Assembly (NCBI GenBank): GCA_037441705.1
Contig: JBBIRR010000001.1
Location: forward strand, 288,001-352,000
From: Ignavibacteriales bacterium
Lineage (GTDB): Bacteria; Bacteroidota; Ignavibacteria; UBA10030; UBA6906
Direction: 5' to 3'
DNA: 64,000 nt
The position numbers were made by a program, and so were the translations under genes. Of this stretch, positions 31,465-44,960 are shown piece by piece. Under the pieces are notes generated by a model. That model made no database searches. It was not told the DNA's origin and worked only from the letters and a program-made list of their open reading frames with translations. Numbering within the stretch: the first letter of the stretch is position 1; every line of letters begins with the position of its first letter.

Positions 31465-32844
31465 ATGATTGGCAAGAGCATTCAACCTGAGATCCGCGCG
31501 CTGATAGAGGCACGCGACTTCATTACCCTGAAGGATGTGTTCGCCGACTGGCACCCGGCAGATCTTGCAGAACTGATTGACGATCTGCCGGACGAAGACG
31601 AGGCGATCATCTTCCGTCTTCTGCCTCGCAGACTTGCTGCGGAGACCTACGAGTACCTTACGCACGACAAGCAAGCGGCGTTGCTCAAAGCTATGGGCCA
31701 GGAACAGGTCGCCGCCATCCTGAACGATATGGCGCCCGACGAACGGACGGCGTTGTTCGAAGAACTGCCCAGCGCGGCGGTCCAACAATTGATCGCGCTG
31801 CTTACGCCTGAAGAACGAGCAACCGCGCAAGCGCTGCTGAATTATCCGGAGGACAGCATCGGCCGGTTGATGACGCCGGATTACATCGCCGTGCGCAAGG
31901 ATTGGACGGTGCAGGACGTGCTTAATTACGTACGCGCCAATGGGGAAGATAAGGAAACCTTGAACGTCATCTACGTTATTGATGACAAAGGGAAACTGAT
32001 CGACGACCTCCGCATTCGAGAATTCCTCCTCGCTCCACTCGATAAGAAGGTGAGCGAGATGATGGATGAGAACTTCGTCGCGCTCTCCGTGTACGCCGAT
32101 AAGGAAACCGCAGTCGACATGTTCAAGCGCTACAATCGGACCGCGCTGCCGGTGGTGGATTCGGAAGGTCACCTCGTCGGCATCGTGACGATCGACGACG
32201 TGTTACAGGTACAAGAAGAAGAATCCACGGAAGACATTCAGAAGATCGGCGGTATGGAGGCGCTGGACGAGCCGTATCTGGAGATCAGCTTGCCGCGCAT
32301 GATCAAGAAACGCGCAGGATGGCTCGTTATCCTGTTCATCGGCGAAATGTTGACGGCAACGGCAATGGGATTCTTCGAGGAGGAAATTGCTCGCGCGGTA
32401 GTTCTCGCACTCTTCGTTCCGCTCATTATCTCCAGCGGAGGAAATTCCGGTTCACAAGCATCAACCCTCATCGTGCGGGCAATGGCGCTCGGAGAAGTCA
32501 CTCTCTCGCTCTGGTGGCGAGTCATGCGGCGCGAGCTTCTCTCCGGTCTCGCCCTCGGAAGCATTCTGGGCTCCATCGGCTTCCTTCGGATTGCCGTGTG
32601 GAGTATGTTCACCGACATCTACGGACCTCACTGGCTGCTGATCGCACTGACGGTGGCGCTCAGCCTTGTCGGCGTCGTGATGTGGGGAACGTTGATCGGC
32701 TCGATGATGCCGTTCATTCTCAAACGGTTCGGCGCAGACCCTGCAACATCATCGGCACCGTTCGTCGCAACCATGGTTGACGTCACGGGCCTGGTCATCT
32801 ACTTCAGCGTCGCCTACCTCATCTTGCGCGGTACGTTGCTCTGA
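31465..32844 (+). CDS. mgtE: Magnesium transporter MgtE
   Basis: HPADLAE, CBS pair, SGGNSGSQ, DPATSSAPFVATMVD. Confidence 0.96.
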   Translation: MIGKSIQPEIRALIEARDFITLKDVFADWHPADLAELIDDLPDEDEAIIFRLLPRRLAAETYEYLTHDKQAALLKAMGQEQVAAILNDMAPDERTALFEELPSAAVQQLIALLTPEERATAQALLNYPEDSIGRLMTPDYIAVRKDWTVQDVLNYVRANGEDKETLNVIYVIDDKGKLIDDLRIREFLLAPLDKKVSEMMDENFVALSVYADKETAVDMFKRYNRTALPVVDSEGHLVGIVTIDDVLQVQEEESTEDIQKIGGMEALDEPYLEISLPRMIKKRAGWLVILFIGEMLTATAMGFFEEEIARAVVLALFVPLIISSGGNSGSQASTLIVRAMALGEVTLSLWWRVMRRELLSGLALGSILGSIGFLRIAVWSMFTDIYGPHWLLIALTVALSLVGVVMWGTLIGSMMPFILKRFGADPATSSAPFVATMVDVTGLVIYFSVAYLILRGTLL

Positions 32845-32951
32845 CGAGCATGTGTGCTCATGCCTTGCGGGCAACTCCAGATCTGCACAGCGAGGTACGC
32901 GTGGGTTACGGTGTGCCGCCGTACGCTTCAAGAAAATATTTCAGAATGTGC

Positions 32952-32980
32952 TTGCTATTGGCAAGGAAATCACCTATCAT
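32952..32980 (+). promoter_or_regulatory. Putative promoter of the cold-shock gene
   Basis: TTGCTA-N17-TATCAT about 230 bp upstream of the csp start. Confidence 0.5.
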
Positions 32981-33210
32981 GAGTGCGTCAAAAACAGTGC
33001 ATCGTTGTTGAGCTTTTACTCTCCGAAAACACGGAGAGGTTTCGCTAAGAGTTGTTCTAAACAAACCCGTAGCAGAACAAAGTTGATCGCAACCGTGAGA
33101 TGTACAGACGAGTTGCGATTTTTGTTTAAAGGCACAAACAAAGCGAACTGTATTTCAACTGTGTCCGCTGACGACGGATTTGTTTAATACAACAGAAAGG
33201 TCCTTTTCCA

Positions 33211-33411
33211 ATGGAAAAAGGAATCGTAAAGTGGTTCAATGGAGCCAAAGGCTTCGGATTCATTCAGCGTAGTGGCGGCGAAGATGTGTTCGTGCACTAC
33301 AAAGCGCTCGTGGGCGATGGCTACAAGAACCTGGTCGAAGGTGATCATGTTCAGTTCGATGTCCAGCGAGGTCCGAAGGGGCTTCAGGCCGCCAACGTTA
33401 GCAAGATCTAA
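33211..33411 (+). CDS. Cold-shock protein (CspA family)
   Basis: VKWFN, KGFGFI (RNP1), VFVHY (RNP2). Confidence 0.96.
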   Translation: MEKGIVKWFNGAKGFGFIQRSGGEDVFVHYKALVGDGYKNLVEGDHVQFDVQRGPKGLQAANVSKI

Positions 33412-33440
33412 CGTTCGCAGCATTCAGTGCTGAACAGCGT

Positions 33441-33475
33441 TCCGGTCTGTTGGCAACAACAGGCCGGACTTTTTT
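33441..33475 (+). terminator. Intrinsic terminator after csp
   Basis: TCCGGTCTGTTG-GCAA-CAACAGGCCGGA then a T tract. Confidence 0.85.
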
Positions 33476-33625
33476 GACCGCGCAAAAAGGCTCGCCGCGA
33501 AGATACCCGGACGTCAGGGTCATACCCATCCCAACTCATCGATTCGCTTCTTTTGTGCTTCCCGTTCCTCTGCTGTGTGCAGAGTACGACACGTATCTTT
33601 GTGGCAATTCGAACGAGGTAGTTTT

Positions 33626-34834
33626 ATGAAATCACCCCATCTTCATCTCAGCAACGAGATGATCGCCGTTCTCCAACGACACGGCATTACAACACCGACT
33701 GCTATTCAACAGGAAGTCATCCCGGCAATTCTCGAGGGCAGGGATGTTCTCGCACAGTCGGAAACAGGCTCCGGCAAGACGCTCAGTTTTGCCATTCCCA
33801 TCATCGAAAGGGTCAAACCCTCGGCCGGCATACAGGTGCTGGTTGTCTGTCCGACACGAGAACTGGCAGTGCAAATTGCCGGCGAGTTCAAGAAGTTCTC
33901 CGAGGGCAGGCATCTCGGCATCACGCCGATTTACGGCGGCACATCCATCGGCGCACAAGCACGCCAGCTGGTGCGAACACACATTGTTGTGGGAACGCCC
34001 GGACGACTACTCGACTTACTCGAACGTTCGTTGCTGGACTTCCGTACGGTCAACACCGTCGTGCTCGACGAGGCTGACCGCATGCTCGACATGGGGTTCA
34101 TCAAGGATATCGATCGTCTCCTCCGTGCCGTCCCGAAGCGACGCCAGACATTGATGTTCAGCGCAACCATTGCGAAGCAGATCAGCACCCTGAGCAAGAA
34201 GTACCTGCACAGCCCGAAGCAGGTTGAGATGGCGTCGGAGGTGAAACCGGAGTTTCTCCGGCAGACGTATTTTCAGACGACGCCGGCGCAGAAGTTTCAC
34301 CTGCTCGTGCATCTCCTGAAGGAAGAACGCGATCTGGCACTCGTCTTCTGCAACCGCAAGCACGTTACGGCCAATATCGCCAGGCAGCTGGCGCGAGCCG
34401 GCCTGCACGCACGATGCTTGAACGGCAACATGAATCAGCGTCAGCGCGATCGCACAACGGCCGACTTCCGCGCGAAGAAGTTCACCGTGCTCGTTGCGAC
34501 CGATGTCGCTGCACGAGGGCTGCACATTGACGACATCTCGCATGTGTACAACTACGAAATTCCTCGCGATGTGGAGACGTACACTCACCGCATCGGGCGC
34601 ACCGCAAGGGCAGGCAACCTGGGTGAGGCGATTTCCCTTGTCGCGACGGGTGAGGAACGCAGCTTCTTTCAGCGCATCCTTTTCACTCACAAGGGAAATA
34701 TCGCGCTGATGGAAAGCAATGATGTGGGATTTGCGAGCGTTCCGCGAATGGAACAAAAAGAAGAACGTCCCCCGGCACCCGTTCGGCATCGCGGGCGGCA
34801 CGCGCGGCGCACCGCGTGGCAAACGCAGCGATAA
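33626..34834 (+). CDS. DEAD-box RNA helicase
   Basis: Q motif PTAIQ, SETGSGKT, PTRELA, DEAD, SAT, HRIGRTAR; GAGGT SD before ATG 33626. Confidence 0.95.
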   Translation: MKSPHLHLSNEMIAVLQRHGITTPTAIQQEVIPAILEGRDVLAQSETGSGKTLSFAIPIIERVKPSAGIQVLVVCPTRELAVQIAGEFKKFSEGRHLGITPIYGGTSIGAQARQLVRTHIVVGTPGRLLDLLERSLLDFRTVNTVVLDEADRMLDMGFIKDIDRLLRAVPKRRQTLMFSATIAKQISTLSKKYLHSPKQVEMASEVKPEFLRQTYFQTTPAQKFHLLVHLLKEERDLALVFCNRKHVTANIARQLARAGLHARCLNGNMNQRQRDRTTADFRAKKFTVLVATDVAARGLHIDDISHVYNYEIPRDVETYTHRIGRTARAGNLGEAISLVATGEERSFFQRILFTHKGNIALMESNDVGFASVPRMEQKEERPPAPVRHRGRHARRTAWQTQR

Positions 34835-34857
34835 CGGTTCAACTACCCAAAAAACGT

Positions 34858-34887
34858 CGAAGCCCCTCCCGGATGGAAGGGGCTTCG
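34858..34887. terminator. Hairpin between convergent helicase and aceB genes
   Basis: CGAAGCCCCT/AGGGGCTTCG stem. Confidence 0.65.
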
Positions 34888-34920
34888 CTGCGTTCAGGAT
34901 GCACTGCGTCCGGCAGACCG

Positions 34921-36540
34921 TCAGTGCAGATGTTTGTATGCCTCGATCGTAAGGAATTCGGTGAACTGTTGTTGCATCACCAAATGATTGAAGAGACGCA
35001 TCGCATGCTCGAAGCGTTCGGATGCGAAAGTCTCCGCACCCACAATCTGCCGAACGTTGTTGAGTTCATCGGGAAAGATGCGCCGATAGAGCTCGGGCGT
35101 AACCGCACGGCCGTCGGTGAGCACGGCACCTTGATGATGCAACCATTGCCATACTTGCGAACGTGCAATCTCGGCGGTCGCAGCGTCCTCCATCAAGTTG
35201 AAGATGCCGACAGCCCCCTGGCCGCCCAGCCACGCCGCAAGGTACTGCAGCGCCACACTGATGTTGTTCCGGAAGCCTGTTTCCGAAATTGTTCCATCCG
35301 GAATGCGAAAGTTTAGGAGATCGGCAGCGCTGACCTGAACCTCTTCGCGCAGCCGGTGCTTCTGATGCGGTGCGGTTCCCAATTTCTCGTCGAAGGGTTT
35401 CCGCGCCACCGGCACTAAATCGGGATGCGCAACCCACGTCCCATCGAACCCGTCGTTGGACTCTCGTATCTTGTCCTCCGTAACCCTGGCAAGTGCCCGC
35501 TCGTTGACGATCGCATCCTTGCGACTGGGGATGAACGCCGCCATGCCGCCGATCGCGTGTGCGCCGCGTTTATGGCACGTATGCACAAGCAGCTCGGTGT
35601 ACGCGCGCATGAAGGGGACGGTCATCGTGATTTGTGATCGATCGGGGAATGTAAAATCGCGCTTGCCGCGGAATTTCTTGATGATGCTGAAGATATAATC
35701 CCATCGGCCTGCATTGAGTCCCACGATGTGGTCTTTCAGTTCGTAGAGAATCTCTTCCATTTCGAATGCCGCAAGGATGGTTTCGATCAGCACCGTTGCC
35801 TTGATGGTGCCGCGCGCAATGCCGAGGCGCTCCTGCGTAAATTCGAAGACGGAGTTCCACAAACGCGCTTCGAGGTGGCTTTCGAGTTTTGGAAGATAGA
35901 AATACGGACCCCTCCCTTGCTCGATGAGCCTGCGCGCTTGATGGAACATGTACATCCCAAAATCAAATAATGAAGCGGACATCGCTTCGCCGTCAATGAG
36001 AACGTGCTTTTCCGGCAGGTGCCACCCGCGCGGGCGAACGACAAGTGTTGCGACCTTCTCGCCCAGCTTATACAACTTTCCTTCAGGACTGGTGTAGGTG
36101 ATGGTGCGGTCGATCGCGTCGCGCAGGTTGCGATGTCCCTGCATGATATTGGGCCACGTCGGCGAGTTGGCATCTTCGAAATCCGCCATGAACACATTGG
36201 CACCGGAGTTCAGTGCGTTGATCATCATTTTGCGTTCCACCGGACCCGTGATCTCCACACGACGATCTTGCAGGTCGTGCGGAATCGAGCCGATGCGCCA
36301 CGTGGTGTCCTCACGTATCCTTCGCGTCGACGCAAGAAACTCCGGCATCTCGCCTGCCTCGATACGACGCTGGCGTTCGGCGCGCTGCGCCAGCAGGTGC
36401 TTCCGTTCAGCACGGAACTCGCGCTCAAGCGCAGCAATGAACTCGAGAGCCTCAGGCGTGAGAATGTCGGGATAGGCGGCCTGCGAACTGCCGGAAAGCT
36501 CGATACCCGCACGCGCAGGCTGGACAAGAATATCAGTCAT
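34921..36540 (-). CDS. aceB: Malate synthase A
   Basis: [36 protein letters not shown]. Confidence 0.97.
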   Translation of the reverse strand: MTDILVQPARAGIELSGSSQAAYPDILTPEALEFIAALEREFRAERKHLLAQRAERQRRIEAGEMPEFLASTRRIREDTTWRIGSIPHDLQDRRVEITGPVERKMMINALNSGANVFMADFEDANSPTWPNIMQGHRNLRDAIDRTITYTSPEGKLYKLGEKVATLVVRPRGWHLPEKHVLIDGEAMSASLFDFGMYMFHQARRLIEQGRGPYFYLPKLESHLEARLWNSVFEFTQERLGIARGTIKATVLIETILAAFEMEEILYELKDHIVGLNAGRWDYIFSIIKKFRGKRDFTFPDRSQITMTVPFMRAYTELLVHTCHKRGAHAIGGMAAFIPSRKDAIVNERALARVTEDKIRESNDGFDGTWVAHPDLVPVARKPFDEKLGTAPHQKHRLREEVQVSAADLLNFRIPDGTISETGFRNNISVALQYLAAWLGGQGAVGIFNLMEDAATAEIARSQVWQWLHHQGAVLTDGRAVTPELYRRIFPDELNNVRQIVGAETFASERFEHAMRLFNHLVMQQQFTEFLTIEAYKHLH

Positions 36541-36594
36541 GAGAAGCGAATCCTTGTACTGGTGAATGAATTGGGGGAGACAGCAGTCCACAGG

Positions 36595-37878
36595 TCAGTG
36601 GACTGCCGTGGTGTAAAATTGCGCTTTTTCGGTTGATCCGGCAAGTGCGGTTGTCGAAGCGGTTCCGCCGGAGACGATCTGGGTGACGAGATCGAAGTAG
36701 CCGGTGCCCACCTCGCGTTGATGTTTGGTTGCCGTATACCCGATCGCCTCGCTGGCGAACTCCTGCTGCTGCAAGTCGGAGTAGGCAGCCATGCCGCGAC
36801 GTTTGTAGTCGTGGGCAAGCGTGAACATGCTGTGGTTCAGGGCATGGAAGCCCGCAAGCGTCACGAACTGGAACTTGTAGCCCATCTCGCCGAGCTTCTC
36901 CTGGAAATGCAGGATGGTATCGTCATCCAGTTTCTTTTTCCAGTTGAACGACGGTGAGCAGTTGTAGGCAAGCAGCTTACCGGGGAATTTCTCGTGAACG
37001 GCCTCGGCGAACTCCTTCGCTTCACCAAGATCAGGATGTGACGTCTCACACCACAACAAGTCCGCGTACGGTGCGTACGCCAGAGCGCGACTGATCGCCT
37101 GCTCCAACCCGCAGCGAACACGGAAGAACCCTTCGGGCGTTCGTTCGCCGGTGAGGAACACCTGATCCCGCGGGTCGATATCGCTCGTCAGCAAAGAGGC
37201 GCTGTCGGCGTCGGTGCGTGCAACAAGGATGGTCGGCACGTTCATCACATCCGCTGCAAGGCGCGCTGCCGTGAGCGTGCGGATGAACTGACACGTCGGC
37301 ACAAGCACTTTGCCGCCGAGGTGCCCACATTTCTTTTCGGAGGCAAGTTGGTCTTCGAAGTGCACGCCGGCTGCGCCCGCTTCGATCATCGCCTTCATCA
37401 GCTCGAAAGCATTCAACGGTCCGCCGAATCCTGCCTCGGCATCGGCAACAATCGGTGCAAGCCAGTAGATGCCGTTCAGTCCTTCGGAGGCATGAATCTG
37501 GTCCGCACGCAAGAGTGTGTGATTGATGCGGCGAACGACTTCGGGAACGCTGTTGGCGGGGTACAAACTCTGGTCGGGATACATCTGACCGGCAAGGTTG
37601 GCATCGGCGGCCACCTGCCAGCCGCTGAGGTAGATCGCTTTCAGACCTGCTTTCACCTGCTGCATGGCCTGATTGCCGGTGAGCGCACCGAGTGCCTGGA
37701 CATACGGCTCGGTATGCAGGAGATTCCACAAGCGTCTGGCTCCAAGGTCGGCAAGCGTGTAGCGAATGTCGATCGTGCCTCGTAGCTTCTTCACATCGTC
37801 CTCGGTGTAGGGTCGGACAATGCCGTCCCAACGGTTGTGCAGTGTTCCGCGGGTCGCGACGTCTTCGAAGGTTTGCAT
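36595..37878 (-). CDS. aceA: Isocitrate lyase
   Basis: KKCGHLGGK catalytic loop, [20 protein letters not shown]. Confidence 0.98.
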   Translation of the reverse strand: MQTFEDVATRGTLHNRWDGIVRPYTEDDVKKLRGTIDIRYTLADLGARRLWNLLHTEPYVQALGALTGNQAMQQVKAGLKAIYLSGWQVAADANLAGQMYPDQSLYPANSVPEVVRRINHTLLRADQIHASEGLNGIYWLAPIVADAEAGFGGPLNAFELMKAMIEAGAAGVHFEDQLASEKKCGHLGGKVLVPTCQFIRTLTAARLAADVMNVPTILVARTDADSASLLTSDIDPRDQVFLTGERTPEGFFRVRCGLEQAISRALAYAPYADLLWCETSHPDLGEAKEFAEAVHEKFPGKLLAYNCSPSFNWKKKLDDDTILHFQEKLGEMGYKFQFVTLAGFHALNHSMFTLAHDYKRRGMAAYSDLQQQEFASEAIGYTATKHQREVGTGYFDLVTQIVSGGTASTTALAGSTEKAQFYTTAVH

Positions 37879-37928
37879 GGCGTGTCTCCTTGGATTGTGC
37901 CTGTGGTGTAAAAGAACGAACTGGCACC

Positions 37929-38058
37929 AATATACGATAGCGAAAAGCGTATGTCAAGCGAAATTTCGCCCTTGTAATAAGTTCGCTCGCAGTGAGATGA
38001 CTGCAATCACCTGCAATTTCGCTAATAGAGAAGTGGTAGCAATTGAGAAAATTCGATA
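37929..38058. promoter_or_regulatory. aceA promoter with array of GCGAA..TTCGC operator-like repeats
   Basis: Minus-strand TTGACA(37957-37952)-N17-TATATT; perfect palindrome GCGAAATTTCGC at 37958-37969; degenerate copies near 37938, 37980, 38013 and 38045. Confidence 0.65.
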
Positions 38059-38099
38059 GATTATTGCTGCACGAAGTCACCACCGACGAAACGTCACCG

Positions 38100-39605
38100 A
38101 TGAATGTGAATCCCGAAAACCTGCGTCTGATCCTCGGCGTCAAACTCAAGCAGCTCCGCACCGAACGCGACCTGTCGCTCTCCGAGCTTGCCGCACGTTC
38201 GAACCTGTCCGTCTCCTATCTCAGCGAAATCGAAAAAGGAAAGAAATATCCGACGGCGGATAAGATTCTCCAGCTCGCCAAGGCAATGGATGTGTCGTTC
38301 GATGACCTGGTATCGGTGAAGGTCTCGGAATCTCTGGACTCGCTGTCAACCTTTCTCAAGTCGCCGTTTATTCAAGAGTTTCCGTTTGAACTGTTCGGGA
38401 TCAAACCGCACGATCTGGTCACACTCATCACCAACAACCCTCAGGAGGCGGGCGCGTTCATCCGCACGCTGCTGGAGATCGGGCAGAGCTATGACATGAG
38501 CGTGGAGCAGTTCCTGTTCGCCGCCCTGCGTTCCTACCAGAAGATGCACTCGAATTATTTCGAGGAGTTGGAGACCGCCGCCGAGGACTTCGCACGACAG
38601 CACAAACTTGGCGCCGATCCACCGTTGCACGTCGACCACCTCGTGCGCGTCTTGCAGCAGGACTATGGCTATGAGATCGGCACAATCCCGCTGGATGAAT
38701 TCCCTGAACTGAAAAAGTTTCGATCCATCTCCACCAAGGGCAAGACACCCAAGCTCTTTCTCAACGACAAGTTGCTTCCTTCGCAGAAGGCGTTCCTGCT
38801 TGCGCGAGAGATCGGCTTTCGATTCCTTGGGCTCAAGGAGCATCCGGTAACGTCAACCTGGCTCAATGTCAGTTCCTTTGCGGAGGTGTTGAACAACTAC
38901 AAGGCATCCTACTTCGCCGGAGCGCTGTTCATCAACCGATGGGTTCTCAAAAAAGATCTTGAGCAATTCTTCAAGAAGACGACCTGGAACGGCATCGCGT
39001 TTCTCAACATCATGCGCCGCTTCGAAGCTACCCCGGAGATGTTCCTCTACCGGCTCAGTCAGTTGATGCCGAAGTATTTCGGGATGCAGGAGATGTTTTA
39101 TCTTCGGTTCAACAACGAGATCGGCAGCAAGGAGTTCACGTTAACGAAGGAGTTGAACATGTCGCGTGTTGTCGTACCGCATGCGATTGGCTTGAACGAG
39201 CATTACTGCCGGCGGTGGCTGTCGATCAAGTTGTTGGAGCGGCTGGCAGCTATGCCCCGCCGGGCGTTGAAGGAGGCAACCATCGCGGACGCGCAGCGCT
39301 CCCGTTTCCTCGACGGCGATGCGGAGTTCTTCGTCATCACGGTTGCACGACCGTTAGTGCTGACCGAAGAGACGAACTCCAGCATCACCCTCGGTTTCTT
39401 GTTGAACGACACGTTCAAACACGCCGTCCGCTTCTGGAACGATCCGGCGCTCGCCATCGTCGAGGTAAACGAAACGTGCGAACGATGCGCGTTGGCGAAG
39501 TCGGTGTGCAAGGAGCGCGCAGTGCCGCCCACGGTGTATCGCAAGCAACAAGTTCAGGTAGAACGAGAGCAGGCTCTTCGCCGGTTTCTGGAGAGGGTGG
39601 CGTAA
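38100..39605 (+). CDS. XRE-family short-chain fatty acyl-CoA regulator (RamB/PrpR-like)
   Basis: HTH SVSYLSEIEKGKK; degenerate ImmA-like AREIG; C-terminal CERC-x6-C; divergent from aceAB. Confidence 0.85.
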   Translation: MNVNPENLRLILGVKLKQLRTERDLSLSELAARSNLSVSYLSEIEKGKKYPTADKILQLAKAMDVSFDDLVSVKVSESLDSLSTFLKSPFIQEFPFELFGIKPHDLVTLITNNPQEAGAFIRTLLEIGQSYDMSVEQFLFAALRSYQKMHSNYFEELETAAEDFARQHKLGADPPLHVDHLVRVLQQDYGYEIGTIPLDEFPELKKFRSISTKGKTPKLFLNDKLLPSQKAFLLAREIGFRFLGLKEHPVTSTWLNVSSFAEVLNNYKASYFAGALFINRWVLKKDLEQFFKKTTWNGIAFLNIMRRFEATPEMFLYRLSQLMPKYFGMQEMFYLRFNNEIGSKEFTLTKELNMSRVVVPHAIGLNEHYCRRWLSIKLLERLAAMPRRALKEATIADAQRSRFLDGDAEFFVITVARPLVLTEETNSSITLGFLLNDTFKHAVRFWNDPALAIVEVNETCERCALAKSVCKERAVPPTVYRKQQVQVEREQALRRFLERVA

Positions 39606-39645
39606 GAAGCTGCTCTCCATCATCAAACAGAAACAGGAGGAAACA

Positions 39646-40365
39646 ATGAAAGCATCACGTCAACGGCTTACCATCACGTGGTATGGGCATTCGGCTTTTA
39701 AACTCGAATCGCCCTCCGGCAAAGTCGTGCTGGTTGATCCATGGCTCGAAAACCCCAAAGCGCCTTCGGGCGCAAAGAATATTGACAGGGTCGATCTCAT
39801 CCTCATCTCGCACGGCCATTCCGATCACGTCGGCAACGCCGTCGAAGTGGCGAAGCGAACGCAGGCGAAGGTCGTCACGATCTACGAACTGTACCTCTAC
39901 CTCCAATCCCAGGGCGTCTCCTCTGCCGTGGGGATGAACAAAGGCGGAACAGTGGACGTGGACGGCATCAAAGTGACGATGACTGACGCAAGGCATAGTT
40001 GCGATATTGATGTAGACGGCAAAGTTGCCGCACCCGGCGGCGAAGCGGCGGGATTTGTTGTGAGGTTCGAGAACGGCTTCACCTTCTATCATGCGGGTGA
40101 TACCGCGCTGTTCGGCGACATGCAGTTCATCGGCAAGTTCTCTGAACCCGACGTTGCGCTGCTTCCCATCGGCGATCTCTATACGATGGGACCTCGCGAG
40201 GCTGCGGTGGCATGCGACCTCATCAAACCGGATTGCATCATCGGGATGCACTACGGGACGTTTCCCGTCCTCACCGGAACGCCCCAGCAGCTCAAGAGAC
40301 ATCTTCACACAAAATTTAAGAAGAAGCTGATGGAGCTGGAGCCGGGCACACCGGTGACAATGTAA
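39646..40365 (+). CDS. Metallo-beta-lactamase fold hydrolase (UPF0173-like)
   Basis: WYGHS, SHGHSDH, YHAGDT, MHYGTFP. Confidence 0.9.
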   Translation: MKASRQRLTITWYGHSAFKLESPSGKVVLVDPWLENPKAPSGAKNIDRVDLILISHGHSDHVGNAVEVAKRTQAKVVTIYELYLYLQSQGVSSAVGMNKGGTVDVDGIKVTMTDARHSCDIDVDGKVAAPGGEAAGFVVRFENGFTFYHAGDTALFGDMQFIGKFSEPDVALLPIGDLYTMGPREAAVACDLIKPDCIIGMHYGTFPVLTGTPQQLKRHLHTKFKKKLMELEPGTPVTM

Positions 40366-40377
40366 AGTATCCGGCAA

Positions 40378-41283
40378 ATGGTTCAGCAGTTTTCCACGGA
40401 CGAGCGTGAAGCTGTTGCAGCGCGTGCGCGCCGCCGGGTGGAAACGCTTGCGCGCCTGCATCCCTCGCGCAGCGGTATCTATCCGATGAGGCTCGCACAC
40501 GCTGCCGAGTACATCGAGCAGGAGTTTCGATCGCTCGGGTGTGACGTGCAGCAGCAGCGATTTCGTGTGGAGAGCGAGGAGTTCTGCAATCTTGTGGTGG
40601 AAAAGCCGGGCATACGGGATTCGGGTACGATTGTCATCGGTGCACACTACGATACCGTCATCGGTACGCCGGGCGCCGATGATAATGCCAGTGGAGTTGC
40701 TGCAATGTTGGAGCTGGCCGGCCTCTTGCAGAAGACCCCTCTGCAACACGCCGTCACGATCGTGGCATATGCGAATGAAGAGCCGCCGTACTTTCACTCG
40801 GCACACATGGGTAGCCGCCATCATGCCGGCATGCTGAGGAAATCCGGAAGACACGTGCGGCTCATGCTCGCACTCGAAATGGTAGGCTATGCCGGCGACA
40901 CGCTGAGGCAAGCGTACCCGTTTCCCGGACTGCGGCAACTCGGGAGATATCCCGCATGCGGTAACTTCATCGCCGTTGTCGGCAATCTCCATACACGCAG
41001 GCTGACGCGTGTTGTACGCGATGCAATGCGAGCAGGAGCGAACATCGGCGTCGAGAGTCTTGCCGCGCCCGGATTCCTTCCGCCGCTGTTTCTCTCCGAC
41101 CATGCCTCGTATTGGAAGTACGGCTTTCCCGCGGTGATGATTACCGATACGGCGTTCCTCCGCAATCCCCACTATCACCAGCCATCCGACACTGCAGACA
41201 CACTCAACTATGCTTTCCTTGCTGAAGTGATTGTGGGAGTGTATGCTGCTGTCCTGACGATTGATCACCTCCACCACGCGTGA
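40378..41283 (+). CDS. M28 family peptidase
   Basis: GAHYDT, GADDNASG, NEEPP, SDH, YHQPSDT. Confidence 0.9.
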   Translation: MVQQFSTDEREAVAARARRRVETLARLHPSRSGIYPMRLAHAAEYIEQEFRSLGCDVQQQRFRVESEEFCNLVVEKPGIRDSGTIVIGAHYDTVIGTPGADDNASGVAAMLELAGLLQKTPLQHAVTIVAYANEEPPYFHSAHMGSRHHAGMLRKSGRHVRLMLALEMVGYAGDTLRQAYPFPGLRQLGRYPACGNFIAVVGNLHTRRLTRVVRDAMRAGANIGVESLAAPGFLPPLFLSDHASYWKYGFPAVMITDTAFLRNPHYHQPSDTADTLNYAFLAEVIVGVYAAVLTIDHLHHA

Positions 41284-41289
41284 GAGCAC

Positions 41290-42024
41290 ATGCCCCCGAC
41301 CTTGCGCATCGGCTGCTGCGGGTGGAGTTACTTGAACGAGCATGACTTCGACCACCTGCTTACGCAACCGTACCGCTCAAAGCTGCAAGCGTACGCGCAG
41401 CTCTTCCCTGCCGTCGAGATCAACTCGACCTTCTATCGTCTTCCACGTTTGAGCACGGCAGAAAAATGGCGAACCGAAGCGGACGAGATCACCTCAGCCT
41501 TTGAGTTCACCGTCAAAGCATACCAGGGAATCACACATCTTCATCGCTTCAAGGGGAAGGAAGCGATCGCCCAGTTCAATACGCTCACAGAGCTTTGCCG
41601 TGCGCTGAGAGCGCGCGTGCTGCTCTTCCAGTCGCCGGCAAGTTTCACACCGACGAAGGTAAACATCGAGGCGATGGAAAAGTTTTTCCGGACGATTGAT
41701 CGAGGATCGCTGCTGTGCGCGTGGGAGCCGCGCGGGCGCTGGTATGATGAGCCGGTCCGCATCGCGGACGTTTGCGCTTCATGCAAGCTGATCCATTGCG
41801 TTGATCCGCTGCGAAACGATCCGGCACTTGCACAGAGCGTCGCCTACTACCGACTGCACGGCTTCGGCCAGCCGAGCATGTACAGATATGATTTTTCTCG
41901 AAACGAACTTCAACGCCTTCTCAACATCATTCAGGCACTTCCGAAGTCAACCAAGGACGTGTACGTGTTCTTCAACAACGTGGAGTGTTATAGGAATGGG
42001 CGGGAGTTCATGCACATGACATAG
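41290..42024 (+). CDS. DUF72 domain protein
   Basis: IGCCGW, VEINSTFY, YYRLHG, VFFNN. Confidence 0.9.
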   Translation: MPPTLRIGCCGWSYLNEHDFDHLLTQPYRSKLQAYAQLFPAVEINSTFYRLPRLSTAEKWRTEADEITSAFEFTVKAYQGITHLHRFKGKEAIAQFNTLTELCRALRARVLLFQSPASFTPTKVNIEAMEKFFRTIDRGSLLCAWEPRGRWYDEPVRIADVCASCKLIHCVDPLRNDPALAQSVAYYRLHGFGQPSMYRYDFSRNELQRLLNIIQALPKSTKDVYVFFNNVECYRNGREFMHMT

Positions 42025-42061
42025 AAGTCGGCACGCGCTTCCGCTCACGCACAATCAGCCG

Positions 42062-42097
42062 AAAAAAAAAGTCCTGCATCAGAATGACACAGGACTT
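42062..42097 (-). terminator. Intrinsic terminator after clpC
   Basis: AAGTCCTG/CAGGACTT stem with an A9 run on the plus strand (T tract on minus). Confidence 0.75.
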
Positions 42098-42121
42098 CTT
42101 GCGTTGAGCGAAAGCCTCGGA

Positions 42122-44620
<2,499 letters not shown>

Positions 44621-44960
44621 TCTAATCCTTTACTCTACTCGCACAACGGATATGGTTTGAACGCTTCGATGTATTCTCAGTTGGTTATCGTCAGAATCCG
44701 TAACGTCACTTAGCGCCGGGATGGTTCCGAATCACAATAGTTCCGGCTAAAATATACGTAAATCGTCAAACTAAAGTCAATCAACCCTGCTGCGACCCGG
44801 GCACTGCCGGGAATGTGAGACACGGCAAAGGCGGAAGTCGCCTCGTTGGTTTTTCCTGCTCAAACGGCTATATTGGGTTCGCCTCGGCGCGGCACTGCGG
44901 ATGGCATTGTGCGTCGGGCAAACGTAACGCATCCAAGATTCGTACGGAGTCACCAAGACG

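Noticed and set aside
39655-41367. 570-aa minus-strand ORF
   Set aside because: Antisense to three well-supported genes; a common artefact of GC-rich codon usage
44621-44960. CIRCE or CtsR operator upstream of clpC
   Set aside because: No matching inverted or heptad repeats seen
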